In this document: positions 1-9,319 of the stretch, piece by piece
Layout: the number at the start of each line of letters is the position of its first letter
Numbering within the stretch: position 1 is the stretch's first letter
Notes under the pieces: generated by a model
Told to the model about the DNA's origin: nothing
Seen by the model: only the letters and a program-made list of their open reading frames with translations
The model's database searches: none
Made by a program: the position numbers and the translations under genes
Origin: a virus
Length of the DNA stretch: 64,000 bases
Direction: 5' to 3' (one strand)
Virus record (IMG/VR): IMGVR_UViG_3300025896_000028

Positions 1-13
1 CTTAGAGTCAATA

Positions 14-1057
14 TTGCTTCAAGTTTGGTATCCGATTACCGTTGCTTCACTTTCTAGAGAAGTAAGAAAAATCGTTACTGCCGCATTCGTAAAAGGAACA
101 GCGTATGATGCTGGTCTTATCGACTTTCTAGTTGATTTCGTATTGAATGACTTCGGTTTCCGTGGTGTATCAAGTGTACAATCAGCTAAGATTGGTGGTT
201 CTGCTCACTTGGTGAACTTTAGAGGTTCAGATACCGTAGTAGCATCAAAATTAATCCGTGACCTTTATAACACAGAAACTGTGTATGGTTTATCAATCCC
301 AGCAACAGAGCACTCAATCATGACCCTAAACGGTGAAGAAGGTGAGTTAGCACTTATGATGCGTGTATTGAAAACTTATCCTACTGGATTGGTTGCGTGT
401 GTATCAGATTCATTTAACATATTCAGAGCGTGTTCTAAATATTGGGGAACTGATTTGAAAGAATTAGTTTTATCAAGACCAGCGACTCCAGGAAATCAAT
501 TGGTTATACGCCCAGATTCTGGTGATGTATTGATGACCTTAAAAGAAATCTTCAACATCTTATTCGATAAATTTGGTTACACAACCAATGAAAAAGGTTA
601 CAAGGTATTGCCACCACAAGTACGTGTTATTCAAGGTGATGGTGTGAACTTGGATTCAATCAAAGAAATCTACGCAATGTTAGATGAATTGAAAATCTCT
701 CCAGAGAACTTAGCGTTGGGTATGGGTGGTAAATTGCTACAAGCAGATATCAACAGAGATACGCAAAACTTCGCAACCAAAGCGTGTTATGCGATTGTTA
801 ATGGTGAAGAAAGAAATATCGTTAAGTCACCAACCGAAATGGATGCTGATGGTAACATTACAAAATCATTCAAAAAATCTAAACAAGGAAAACTTAAATT
901 GGTTAAGAATGACGATGGTACATACAGAACCGTTACATCAATGGATGCTGACTTTGATTCAGTAACAGATGAATTGATTGAAGTGTTTAGAAGTGGTGAA
1001 ATCCTTGTTGATTACACATTCGAAGAAATTAGAGAAAGAGCAAAAATAACAATTTAA
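14..1057 (+). CDS. Nicotinamide phosphoribosyltransferase (NAMPT/NadV)-like, 5'-truncated at window edge (could also be a Namat-type nicotinamide-ADPR transferase)
   Basis: ORF runs to the window start (track start is TTG at 14). C-terminal NAMPT-family sequence (..GMGGKLLQ.., ..VKSPTEMDADGN..). Confidence 0.8.
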   Translation: MLQVWYPITVASLSREVRKIVTAAFVKGTAYDAGLIDFLVDFVLNDFGFRGVSSVQSAKIGGSAHLVNFRGSDTVVASKLIRDLYNTETVYGLSIPATEHSIMTLNGEEGELALMMRVLKTYPTGLVACVSDSFNIFRACSKYWGTDLKELVLSRPATPGNQLVIRPDSGDVLMTLKEIFNILFDKFGYTTNEKGYKVLPPQVRVIQGDGVNLDSIKEIYAMLDELKISPENLALGMGGKLLQADINRDTQNFATKACYAIVNGEERNIVKSPTEMDADGNITKSFKKSKQGKLKLVKNDDGTYRTVTSMDADFDSVTDELIEVFRSGEILVDYTFEEIRERAKITI

Positions 1058-1069
1058 AAAAAGAAAAAC

Positions 1070-1675
1070 ATGTTAACATTATTAGCAAGTGCGACATTCA
1101 TACTATGGTTTAGTATTATCGCAGCGTTGGTGATTATTATATCACTAGAATTACAATCAGAAGGAACTGCGACAACAGCTTTTAGCTTAGCAATCGCATT
1201 ATTAATTTGGAACTACGGTGGTATTGCATGGGCCTTTATGACCGCCAACATACTCGTAACCGTTTTATTTATCGTAGGATATTTGGTATGTGGGGTTGTA
1301 TGGTCATTCTTAAAATGGAATGAGTTTGTAAAATCAGTATATCGAAAATTTAAAGCCACAAACGATAAGTTTGGTGCGTTAAAAAATCCAAATGATATCA
1401 TTAATTTATGTGAAAGATTAAGACTAGTTGGTATTAGTGTTTATGGTAGTGATGTTAAAACAATATCAGATATCGCAAGTAAAATCATGCCAAAAGGTTT
1501 AGATAACAAAGCATCGATTGTAGCTTGGATTTCATACTGGCCTTTATCATTATTGGGTACGTTATTAAATAACCCATTCCGAAGATTATTTGAATACACT
1601 TATAGTCTTGTATCTGGCTTGTATGACAAAATTAGTGCAAACCATAAAGCTAACGCACTTAAAAACTTAGAATAA
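1070..1675 (+). CDS. membrane protein (multiple TM helices)
   Basis: Hydrophobic segments at N-terminus and mid-protein; tightly packed after the NAMPT-like gene. Confidence 0.55.
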   Translation: MLTLLASATFILWFSIIAALVIIISLELQSEGTATTAFSLAIALLIWNYGGIAWAFMTANILVTVLFIVGYLVCGVVWSFLKWNEFVKSVYRKFKATNDKFGALKNPNDIINLCERLRLVGISVYGSDVKTISDIASKIMPKGLDNKASIVAWISYWPLSLLGTLLNNPFRRLFEYTYSLVSGLYDKISANHKANALKNLE

Positions 1676-2064
1676 TGGGGATGAGAGCTAAATTTGCTGT
1701 ATTGATTGAAACTAATCAGTACGCTGGGAACTTTGAAAGAGAAATGTGTGCACATCTAACTGGTCACGTTGGTGATTGCGAAGTTGGTGACGAATTAATC
1801 GATGAAACTGTTGCAGAATTTTTCGATGATGTTATCGGAAATGAAGCTGATGATAATGGTACGTATAGACCAGTAGCGTTGGGTAACGATATCGATGGTG
1901 GTACCAATCAAGGTGTTGTGATTTTCTTTGATGAAGAACCAACACAGGAACACTTGGATATGATAAAAGAAAGACTTGGAACTTTCACATATACCAAAGG
2001 GTTAGAAATAAAAAGTGTGGAATTGATTGAATTTCATAGAAGCACGACTAAAAAAACTATTTAA
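1675..2064 (+). CDS. hypothetical protein, acidic
   Basis: Start overlaps upstream stop (ATGA-type coupling); no recognisable motif. Confidence 0.5.
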   Translation: MGMRAKFAVLIETNQYAGNFEREMCAHLTGHVGDCEVGDELIDETVAEFFDDVIGNEADDNGTYRPVALGNDIDGGTNQGVVIFFDEEPTQEHLDMIKERLGTFTYTKGLEIKSVELIEFHRSTTKKTI

Positions 2065-2065
2065 A

Positions 2066-2569
2066 ATGAAAAATACAAACGAAAAAACAACTGACGAATT
2101 CGTATTCTTTTGGAATGGAATCTACAGTCAGTGGTATTCGTCTAAGTTCAGCATTGCTGGAATCGAATATAATTGCTGTGAGCAATACATGATGGCGATG
2201 AAAGCATTGACATTCAACGACCAAGAGAGTCATGATGCTATCATGGCTGCCGCTAGACCAGTTGACCAAAAATCTTTGGGTCGTACAGTTAAAAACTTTA
2301 ACACAGACAAATGGAATGAAGTGTGTCGAGAATTTGTTTACCAAGGTAACTTGGCTAAATTCACACAAAATCCTAGTCTAAAGGTTGAGTTATTGAAAAC
2401 TGATGACAAAGAAATTGTTGAGGCTAGTCCATACGACAAGATTTGGGGTATTGGAATGGGTGTTGACCACAGAAACATCGAAGATAAAAGCAAATGGCAA
2501 GGAAAAAACTGGTTAGGTGAAGCCATTATGCGAGTAAGAGAAACTTTTAAAAAACAAGAAAATGATTAG
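2066..2569 (+). CDS. NADAR (YbiA/DUF1768) domain protein
   Basis: FFWNGIYSQWY..FSIAGIEYNCCEQYMMAMKA..ASPYDKIWGIGMG matches the NADAR family. Start re-set to the ATG at ~2066 (track starts at 2027). Confidence 0.7.
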   Translation: MKNTNEKTTDEFVFFWNGIYSQWYSSKFSIAGIEYNCCEQYMMAMKALTFNDQESHDAIMAAARPVDQKSLGRTVKNFNTDKWNEVCREFVYQGNLAKFTQNPSLKVELLKTDDKEIVEASPYDKIWGIGMGVDHRNIEDKSKWQGKNWLGEAIMRVRETFKKQEND

Positions 2570-3011
2570 ATATATCGATGGTGACCTAGTAAAGGATGCC
2601 GAAAATTACGAAGTAATTGCACATTGTTGCAACTGTTTTTGCACTATGGGTGCTGGTATTGCCCCGCAAATCAAACATAAATTCCCAGATGCTTACGCTG
2701 CTGACTGCAAGACAGTTCAAGGGGACATTAACAAGCTAGGTACTATTTCATATAGTGAAGCTACAAAACCGATTGTTGTTAACTTGTATGGCCAATATGA
2801 CTATACTGGAAGACGAAGTGGTCAGATGGATTTAGACTATGAAGCTTTACGTTCTGCGTTGAAGTTGATGAAAGCTAAATTCTCTGGTAAAACATTTGGT
2901 TTACCTAAGATTGGTGCTGGGTTAGCTGGTGGTGATTGGGCTACAATTGAAGCAATCATTGACGAAGAACTTCGTGGTGAGTATGTTACGATTGTAAACT
3001 ATGTACCGTAA
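2562..3011 (+). CDS. macro domain (ADP-ribose binding/processing) protein
   Basis: CNCFCTMGAGIAPQIK..VVNLYGQ.. pattern typical of MacroD/Appr-1-p processing domains; overlaps the upstream gene end. Confidence 0.7.
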   Translation: MIRYIDGDLVKDAENYEVIAHCCNCFCTMGAGIAPQIKHKFPDAYAADCKTVQGDINKLGTISYSEATKPIVVNLYGQYDYTGRRSGQMDLDYEALRSALKLMKAKFSGKTFGLPKIGAGLAGGDWATIEAIIDEELRGEYVTIVNYVP

Positions 3012-3787
3012 TGCACTACATAATACAACAAAATGTATTTAGAGAAACTAACTATGACATCATATTTGAAGCCTTAACCAAATTAGGTTTAGAGTATGAA
3101 GTCATAGAATGTTTACCTAACTCTGATAAGTTTGAATTTGTGACTGATAGAAAAGATGTATTTACATTCGGCTCTATTAGAATGGCTAAACTAGCAACTG
3201 AAAACGGTTGGGAACCTGGTTCTTTCTTTGGTGGAAACCACGATTACTCAATATACTCCGAACACTACAAAGAAAACTTATTGAACTACGATTGTGAAAT
3301 CAAAGAGTTTGAAGAAGAATTTGAATGGAACTACGGTGAAATAAAATTCATAAGACCATGCAAGGATTCAAAGTTGTTTACAGGACAAGTATTTACCAAA
3401 ACCAAATGGGATGATATGCTTGAGCAACGTAAACAAAATATAAACTACACCAAATTAACGGAACCACAACTAATTCAAATCGGTATACCGAAAACCATAT
3501 ACAAAGAAGCCAGAACGTGGATTGTTGATGGAAAGATTGTAACCAGTTCTTATTATCGTTTTGGTCAGTATGTTGCTTACGAAGAAAACGTTGAACCAGA
3601 GGGCTTAGAATTCGCTCAGAGAATGGTTGACTTGTATCAAGTTGCTGAGTGTTTTGTGATGGACATTTGCCTAACACCAGATGGTTGGAAGATAGTTGAA
3701 ATCAATTGCATTAATTGTTCTGGTTTTTACAAGGGTGACATGCAAAAGGTTTTGATAGCTTTGGAGAATAAATACAACCCAATATAA
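3011..3787 (+). CDS. ATP-grasp fold protein (phage DUF4343/R2K-like)
   Basis: C-terminal RTWIVDGKIV..YRF..FVMDICLTPDGWKIVEINCINCSGFY resembles ATP-grasp ligases common in phage NAD/ADP-ribose neighbourhoods. Confidence 0.55.
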   Translation: MHYIIQQNVFRETNYDIIFEALTKLGLEYEVIECLPNSDKFEFVTDRKDVFTFGSIRMAKLATENGWEPGSFFGGNHDYSIYSEHYKENLLNYDCEIKEFEEEFEWNYGEIKFIRPCKDSKLFTGQVFTKTKWDDMLEQRKQNINYTKLTEPQLIQIGIPKTIYKEARTWIVDGKIVTSSYYRFGQYVAYEENVEPEGLEFAQRMVDLYQVAECFVMDICLTPDGWKIVEINCINCSGFYKGDMQKVLIALENKYNPI

Positions 3788-3862
3788 TATTTTAGGTTTC
3801 TCTTGCTTTTTAATAAAAGTATTAGTACCTTTGTTAAATAACAATTTATAAAATTAACATTA

Positions 3863-4042
3863 ATGAATGAGCTTGTTAAAGTAGGTGTTGCCAACGAAGG
3901 TGAACAAACATTTCCACTAAGTGTCGTAAAAGAATGGCAACCAACTAACCTAACATATATTGGAAGTGCGGTATTCTTCAAAGTAGAAGATACATATTTT
4001 TCAATGAACACTTTAGATTTTAGAAACATTTTTGAATCATAA
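3863..4042 (+). CDS. small hypothetical protein (59 aa, below ORF-track cutoff)
   Basis: ATG about 30 nt downstream of a TAccTTTG promoter motif at ~3831; plus-strand ORF MNELVKVGVANEGEQ.. fills the gap. The minus-strand ORF 3727..4029 in the track is judged spurious. Confidence 0.4.
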   Translation: MNELVKVGVANEGEQTFPLSVVKEWQPTNLTYIGSAVFFKVEDTYFSMNTLDFRNIFES

Positions 4043-4044
4043 CT

Positions 4045-4488
4045 ATGAGTATAATTAAATCGATTCTAACGAATCACTTCGAGTACAAGATTACTAGAAA
4101 CTGGGACCGAACATTTTGGGCTTTTGATATTCATGGTACAATTCTTAAACCAAACTATACATTTGGTAGTACGCCAGATGAATTTTATCCAATGGCAAAA
4201 CAAACATTACAGTTCATCAGTCAACGACCAGACATTGTAATGTTCCTTTATACCTGTTCACACCCTAACGAGGTTGATGAGTATTTGGAATTGTTCAAAA
4301 AGAATGACATTCATTTTAAGTATGTGAATGAGAACCCAGAGGTTCCGACACAAACTAATGGATATGGATGTTACGATAAAAAACCTTACATGAATGTTTT
4401 GTTTGAGGACAAAGCTGGATTTGACCCAGAGAACGATTGGGGTTTGGTTTTAAATTTATTAACCGCTAACTATAATGGCAAGGATTAG
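4045..4488 (+). CDS. hypothetical protein
   Basis: ORF in operon context; no recognisable motif. Confidence 0.5.
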   Translation: MSIIKSILTNHFEYKITRNWDRTFWAFDIHGTILKPNYTFGSTPDEFYPMAKQTLQFISQRPDIVMFLYTCSHPNEVDEYLELFKKNDIHFKYVNENPEVPTQTNGYGCYDKKPYMNVLFEDKAGFDPENDWGLVLNLLTANYNGKD

Positions 4489-4837
4489 TGATTTATTAAC
4501 GTACAACTCAAATAAATTTGATAACATGAAGATTAAAACTGCTTCCGATGAAACAGTTTTATTATCTAGTAGTGAAGTCAAAGAAATTCTAACCAAATAT
4601 CTAAACGATGAGTTAGACTTTTTCGCAAAAGGTATCACAAAAGAAACGAAATCAGCGTTGACTGAAAGAGTTAACTTTAGACTTAAACAAATTGAAAGTA
4701 GCCTTGTTAGACATGTTGATGATAAAATAAACGGTATAACGGAAAAAATAGTTTCTTTGTCTACGAATAGAGTTATTGAGGAAGAAGTAAACAGACGGGT
4801 TGAGGCTCGTTTGAAAAAAATAAAAGATTCACTTTAA
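4475..4837 (+). CDS. hypothetical coiled-coil protein
   Basis: Overlapping start; charged heptad-like sequence. Confidence 0.5.
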   Translation: MARISDLLTYNSNKFDNMKIKTASDETVLLSSSEVKEILTKYLNDELDFFAKGITKETKSALTERVNFRLKQIESSLVRHVDDKINGITEKIVSLSTNRVIEEEVNRRVEARLKKIKDSL

Positions 4838-4847
4838 AAGTAAAAAT

Positions 4848-5147
4848 ATGAAAACAAAATTATTCATGACAGTATTTGTGCTGTTATTATTGACTGGATG
4901 TGCTGATGTGGCACATATACAATTCCTTGACCCTAACCAAGAAATCTATGGTTTCTGGGGTGGTGTTTGGCACGGTATGATTATGTTCCCAGCATTTATC
5001 TGTAGTCTTTTCTCAGATAACATTGCTATCTACGCTATAAACAATAACGGTTTCTGGTATAACTTCGGTTATGTTGGTGGGTTAGGTATTATAATCAAGG
5101 GTATCAAAATCTTTTTTGCTGGTTTAAGAAGTTTAAACAATAGATAA
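4848..5147 (+). CDS. small membrane/lipoprotein
   Basis: Signal peptide with lipobox-like LLLLTGC; hydrophobic segments. Confidence 0.5.
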   Translation: MKTKLFMTVFVLLLLTGCADVAHIQFLDPNQEIYGFWGGVWHGMIMFPAFICSLFSDNIAIYAINNNGFWYNFGYVGGLGIIIKGIKIFFAGLRSLNNR

Positions 5148-5905
5148 TGAAAAAGAAAATCGTAATTTTTAGTGGTGCTGGTTTAGATAGAGAGTCGGGT
5201 GTATTAACATTCCGTGACTGTAAAGATGGCCTTTGGAATAACCACAAAATCGAAGATGTTGCTACACCAGAAGGATGGGCTAAAGACCGAAGTAAAGTTC
5301 TAGATTTTTATAATGAAAGAAGAAGACAAATGCCAGAAGTTGTACCTAATGATGCACATATTGGTTTAGTTGAATTAGAAAAAGAATTTGATGTAATACA
5401 CGTTACACAGAATGTAAGTGACTTATTGGAAAGAGCTGGGGCGACAAACATTATTCACTTGCATGGTGAGTTGACCAAAGCTAGAACAAGCTTCGCAATG
5501 AATAACCCTAATGTTGTTGCATCACAACACGTATATGATATTGGTTATGATGATATTAATTTGGGTGATTTAGATGCAGAATATGAATCTCAATTAAGAC
5601 CACATATTGTATGGTTTAGTGAATATCCATTTGGGGTTGATAAAGCAAATCAAGCATTTAGAGATGCTGATGTTGTTTTGATTATAGGTACAAGTCTTCA
5701 AATTAGTTATACCATTGGATTTTTTGGGTTAACAAAATTAGAGACTCCTATTATCTATATTGACCCAGAACCAAGTCATGACTTGGATTATACTTATCGA
5801 GAATTAAAAGTTGAATATATAACCAAGACAGCAGTTGAAGGTGTAACACAAGTAGTAAATAGATTATTAACACAAGCAATCGGAGACGATAAAAACGACA
5901 AATAA
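5147..5905 (+). CDS. Sir2-family protein lacking zinc-binding cysteines (SirTM-like)
   Basis: N-terminal VIFSGAGLDRESGVLTFRD Rossmann motif of sirtuins; no CxxC..CxxC module. Confidence 0.7.
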   Translation: MKKKIVIFSGAGLDRESGVLTFRDCKDGLWNNHKIEDVATPEGWAKDRSKVLDFYNERRRQMPEVVPNDAHIGLVELEKEFDVIHVTQNVSDLLERAGATNIIHLHGELTKARTSFAMNNPNVVASQHVYDIGYDDINLGDLDAEYESQLRPHIVWFSEYPFGVDKANQAFRDADVVLIIGTSLQISYTIGFFGLTKLETPIIYIDPEPSHDLDYTYRELKVEYITKTAVEGVTQVVNRLLTQAIGDDKNDK

Positions 5906-5906
5906 G

Positions 5907-6260
5907 ATGCATTATTTTGTAGAAGGAACAATTAGACACATTGGTGAAGTACAGACATTTGGTGATAAATTCAAAAAAAGAGAATTTATCCTTGAAACTG
6001 ATGAAGCTTACCCAGAAAAATTAAAGTTAGATTTCATTAATGACAATGTAGATGCCTTGGATACCTTTATGGTAAACGAAGTTGTTACAGTTGCGTTTGT
6101 GGTTAAGGGTAGTGAATATCAAGGTAAGCACTACACCAATTTACGAGCAATAGCAATTTGTGAAGTTATTGACGAAAGAGCAGCAAAAGAATTCGCTAAA
6201 GCGAAAAAAGATAACAAAAGAGTTCAGCAATTGCTTGACTCCGTTAAAGTGAAAAAATAA
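5907..6260 (+). CDS. DUF3127 family protein
   Basis: GEVQTFGDKFKKREFILETDEAYPEKLKLDF..VAFVVKGSEYQGKHYTNLRA matches the Bacteroidota DUF3127 pattern. Confidence 0.6.
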   Translation: MHYFVEGTIRHIGEVQTFGDKFKKREFILETDEAYPEKLKLDFINDNVDALDTFMVNEVVTVAFVVKGSEYQGKHYTNLRAIAICEVIDERAAKEFAKAKKDNKRVQQLLDSVKVKK

Positions 6261-6535
6261 TGAAAAAAATAATATCTATCCTAATTTTAGGGTTATTTAT
6301 ATCTTGCAATAAGCCAAGTGATAAATATGTAGATTCACCAACACGTTTTGTAATTACTGGAATGCAAGGTGATAATAGTTTACAGCAAATGTCAATTTAT
6401 GAAGTAGAAGTAATTGATGGTAATTACTTTTCACATAGAGATGGGAACAACTTATCTTTTAGGTTTACAGATTCAGTTAACAAATTTAAGTTAGGTGATA
6501 TTATTAATTTCGAAAGAAAAAACATCATAGAATAA
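6260..6535 (+). CDS. lipoprotein
   Basis: Signal peptide ILILGLFISC (lipobox). Confidence 0.5.
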   Translation: MKKIISILILGLFISCNKPSDKYVDSPTRFVITGMQGDNSLQQMSIYEVEVIDGNYFSHRDGNNLSFRFTDSVNKFKLGDIINFERKNIIE

Positions 6536-6891
6536 TGAGTGTATTAAAATTAGAGTTAAAAGAAGAACACGTAAAATTACTTAAACATTTACGTTGGAGT
6601 CTTAACCCTCAAAATTTCATTGTTGGAGTTTCTGAGGAAGATGAACCAGCACCATTTGGTGAGAATAACATATATGAGGCAATTGACCTTATTCTTAATG
6701 GTGTCCCAAAGGAATTCGACCCGTTTAACACTGAAGAAATTCCTCAGTATTCTGATGAACAAAAAGCTGAGTGGGATAAATTATATTCTGAATTGCCGAT
6801 GGCATTGGATATTATTTTATATCGAGGTAGCTTTGAGTTAGGTAATTATAAAACTAAATTCCACGATAGAGTGTGGAAAAAAACAAACTAA
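6535..6891 (+). CDS. hypothetical protein
   Basis: ORF in operon context; no recognisable motif. Confidence 0.5.
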   Translation: MSVLKLELKEEHVKLLKHLRWSLNPQNFIVGVSEEDEPAPFGENNIYEAIDLILNGVPKEFDPFNTEEIPQYSDEQKAEWDKLYSELPMALDIILYRGSFELGNYKTKFHDRVWKKTN

Positions 6892-7221
6892 AATGAAAAC
6901 ATTAAAATTAATTGGTTATTTTCTAGCGGCATTGCTAGTGTTATTTATCATCAAAGGTATGTTCTTTGGAATATTCCTATTCACTATTGTATTGAAATAC
7001 ATACTGATAGCTGCTGTCGTTGCTGGAGTTCTTTATTTGTTTAATCGAAAAGGTAATAAATAGTAAATGATTTTTCTTTATTATTTTCTTGGGTTGATAG
7101 TCTTTATACATGTTGTAAGAGGACTATCTTATGCAATACATAAGATTATCTTATTCAACAAATATTTAAAGAAAGTTAAAAGAGAACTAGTAAATTATTT
7201 CAAAAAACATAAATAAATATT

Positions 7222-7251
7222 TGTTTATTCAAAATTTTTTATGTACCTTTG
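7222..7251 (+). promoter_or_regulatory. Bacteroidota-type sigma-A promoter (TTTG-N20-TACCTTTG)
   Basis: tttgtttattcaaaattttttatgTACCTTTG lies 16 nt upstream of the ATG at 7268. Confidence 0.6.
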
Positions 7252-7267
7252 TTAAAAATAAATAACT

Positions 7268-8260
7268 ATGAATGATTCAGTATTAGTAGCATTAGATGGT
7301 AGAGAAGATTTAGCGAATAACGTTATTGATTTTATCAATAACAATTCAAAGATAAAAGAGAAAGTAAAGCTAGACATAATCAACAGTCAGAAATTTTCTG
7401 ATGGTGAGTTATGTGTGGATTTCGAAACATCAATTAGAGGCAAGCGAGTATATATTCTATCTAGTCCTAACAATTCAGATGAAATCATAAAGTTAAACCT
7501 AGCGATAGATGCCGCCAAACGTGCAGCTGCTAGAGAGATTATTCCAATCTTACCTTATTTTCCATACGCTCGTCAAGACAAGAAAGACCAATCACGTGGA
7601 CCTATCGGTGCCAAGGTTATGGTTGAAATGATTGAGCATCGTGGAGCAACAGGTGTTATCACATTTGATTTACATGCTGACCAAATCCAAGGGTTTTTCA
7701 ATATCCCAGTTACACACTTAGAAGGTAAAAACGTATTTGATTCATACATCGCTTCGATATATGATGAAGACACTATTCTTTGTGGACCAGATGCTGGTTC
7801 TGGTAAACGTGTTAAACGTATGAAAGACCAATTATCTAACTACCACGACATTTCAATCAATTATGTAATGTTGGATAAGACTCGTAAACAAGCCAACGTT
7901 ATTGACGATATGGTAATCATTGGTGATGTTAGTGGTAAGAACGTAATCATCTTGGATGATATGGTTGATACTGCTGGAACACTTTGCAAAGCCGCTGAAG
8001 TTATTATGGAAGCTGGTGCTAAAAGTGTAAGAGCAATCATTAGTCATGGTATCTGTTCTGGTCCAGCTTTGGCTCGTATTGAAAATTCAGTTCTAACTGA
8101 ATTGGTTATTAGTGATTCCTTAAGAAAACCAACAGATTACAATGGTATCTTTGGTAATGATAAAATCAACGTGATTAGCATGTCAAAACAAATAGGTTTA
8201 GCTGTTAGTGCTATCAATAGTAAAACAAGCTACGAAGGACTTAAAAAAGAAAGATTCTAA
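7268..8260 (+). CDS. ribose-phosphate pyrophosphokinase (PRPP synthetase) homolog; possibly an ADP-ribose pyrophosphokinase (Adps-type)
   Basis: KFSDGE, DLHADQIQGFFNIPV and PRPP-binding loop VIILDDMVDTAGT are Prs-family hallmarks. Confidence 0.85.
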   Translation: MNDSVLVALDGREDLANNVIDFINNNSKIKEKVKLDIINSQKFSDGELCVDFETSIRGKRVYILSSPNNSDEIIKLNLAIDAAKRAAAREIIPILPYFPYARQDKKDQSRGPIGAKVMVEMIEHRGATGVITFDLHADQIQGFFNIPVTHLEGKNVFDSYIASIYDEDTILCGPDAGSGKRVKRMKDQLSNYHDISINYVMLDKTRKQANVIDDMVIIGDVSGKNVIILDDMVDTAGTLCKAAEVIMEAGAKSVRAIISHGICSGPALARIENSVLTELVISDSLRKPTDYNGIFGNDKINVISMSKQIGLAVSAINSKTSYEGLKKERF

Positions 8261-8451
8261 TGGCTGACTTTAACTTAAACGAAAAAGAAGTGGAAACACT
8301 TGCAAAGCTTGAAGAAAGCGTGAATTTATTACACGGTAAAGTTGGTAAGGTGTCTTATATTTTTTCTCACACTGGTATCGGTGTTCATGTAAAAGTAAGA
8401 TTTGAAGACTACGGGATTGAAAAAGATATAACCGATTATGACTCATGGTAA
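8260..8451 (+). CDS. small hypothetical protein
   Basis: Coupled start (TAATG); no recognisable motif. Confidence 0.45.
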   Translation: MADFNLNEKEVETLAKLEESVNLLHGKVGKVSYIFSHTGIGVHVKVRFEDYGIEKDITDYDSW

Positions 8452-9095
8452 TGGAAAAAGGATATAAAATACTTCAGAAAGCTTTTGACACAGAATTCTT
8501 AGACTTTTTTAGTAGAGATTTTGAAACAGTTGCTTTGCAATGTAAAGACGAAAATGTTTTTAGAACCAAGAATGGTGATGTAAAACAAATACAGAATTGC
8601 CAAGGGTATCATTTGTTTATGCGTTTAGCTAAACACATAAAAAAAGTCTTGGGTTATGATGGTGAAGTTATTAACATGCAGTATTTTATCAAACATCCAG
8701 ATTACAAGATAACAGCCCCACATCAAGACGGTGCGTACTTTGACAACAATGATGATGATATTTTAACCTTTTGGATTCCTTTGCATGATGTTGATGTTTC
8801 GACTTCAACTATGTTCTATGCTGATTGGGATGGCAAACGAGAAATAATCAACCATGAAAATTGTGGTTCAAATGTAAGAACTAGAACTGGTAAGACTGGT
8901 ATGTCACAATATACATCCGAAATTCCATTGGAAGACTTTACACCAGTAAAGTTGAAGTATGGTGATTGTGTTGTCCATAATCAATTCTCAGTTCATTATT
9001 CAAACGAAAATTCAACAACAAAACCAAGAATAGCAATTACATGCATTCTTAAACTAAACAAAAATGGAGAATCCAAATTACCCACACAGATTTAG
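8445..9095 (+). CDS. 2OG-Fe(II)/phytanoyl-CoA dioxygenase-like oxygenase
   Basis: HQDGAYFD (HxD) and a downstream His in a jelly-roll-like context. Confidence 0.5.
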   Translation: MVMEKGYKILQKAFDTEFLDFFSRDFETVALQCKDENVFRTKNGDVKQIQNCQGYHLFMRLAKHIKKVLGYDGEVINMQYFIKHPDYKITAPHQDGAYFDNNDDDILTFWIPLHDVDVSTSTMFYADWDGKREIINHENCGSNVRTRTGKTGMSQYTSEIPLEDFTPVKLKYGDCVVHNQFSVHYSNENSTTKPRIAITCILKLNKNGESKLPTQI

Positions 9096-9318
9096 CTTCA
9101 CGTATTCCGACAACAATAGAAATCCTATTCAATGTACTGTACTATGTAAAGAAAAACCTAATTATATTGATTTGGAAGACTTGATTTACGTTAAGTTTAA
9201 TCATTACATAACTGAAAACAAATCAGTTAAAATTTCAAAAAACAACATTATTAAGTTTCTGAATAACAATGGTATAGAGTGTGTTAATAGAGCTTATTAC
9301 AAATCTAATAAAAAATAA
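9064..9318 (+). CDS. hypothetical protein
   Basis: ORF in operon context; no recognisable motif. Confidence 0.4.
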   Translation: MENPNYPHRFSFTYSDNNRNPIQCTVLCKEKPNYIDLEDLIYVKFNHYITENKSVKISKNNIIKFLNNNGIECVNRAYYKSNKK

Positions 9319-9319
9319 C

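Noticed and set aside
726-965. Alternative-frame ORF inside the NAMPT-like gene; minus-strand ORFs nested in plus-strand genes (e.g. 1213..1401, 2057..2368, 3393..3677, 7573..7773, 10221..10799, 14382..14606, 15939..16319, 36688..37147, 57634..57973)
   Set aside because: They lie wholly within longer, motif-supported plus-strand genes, have no promoter motif, and are low-complexity. Typical of AT-rich six-frame noise.
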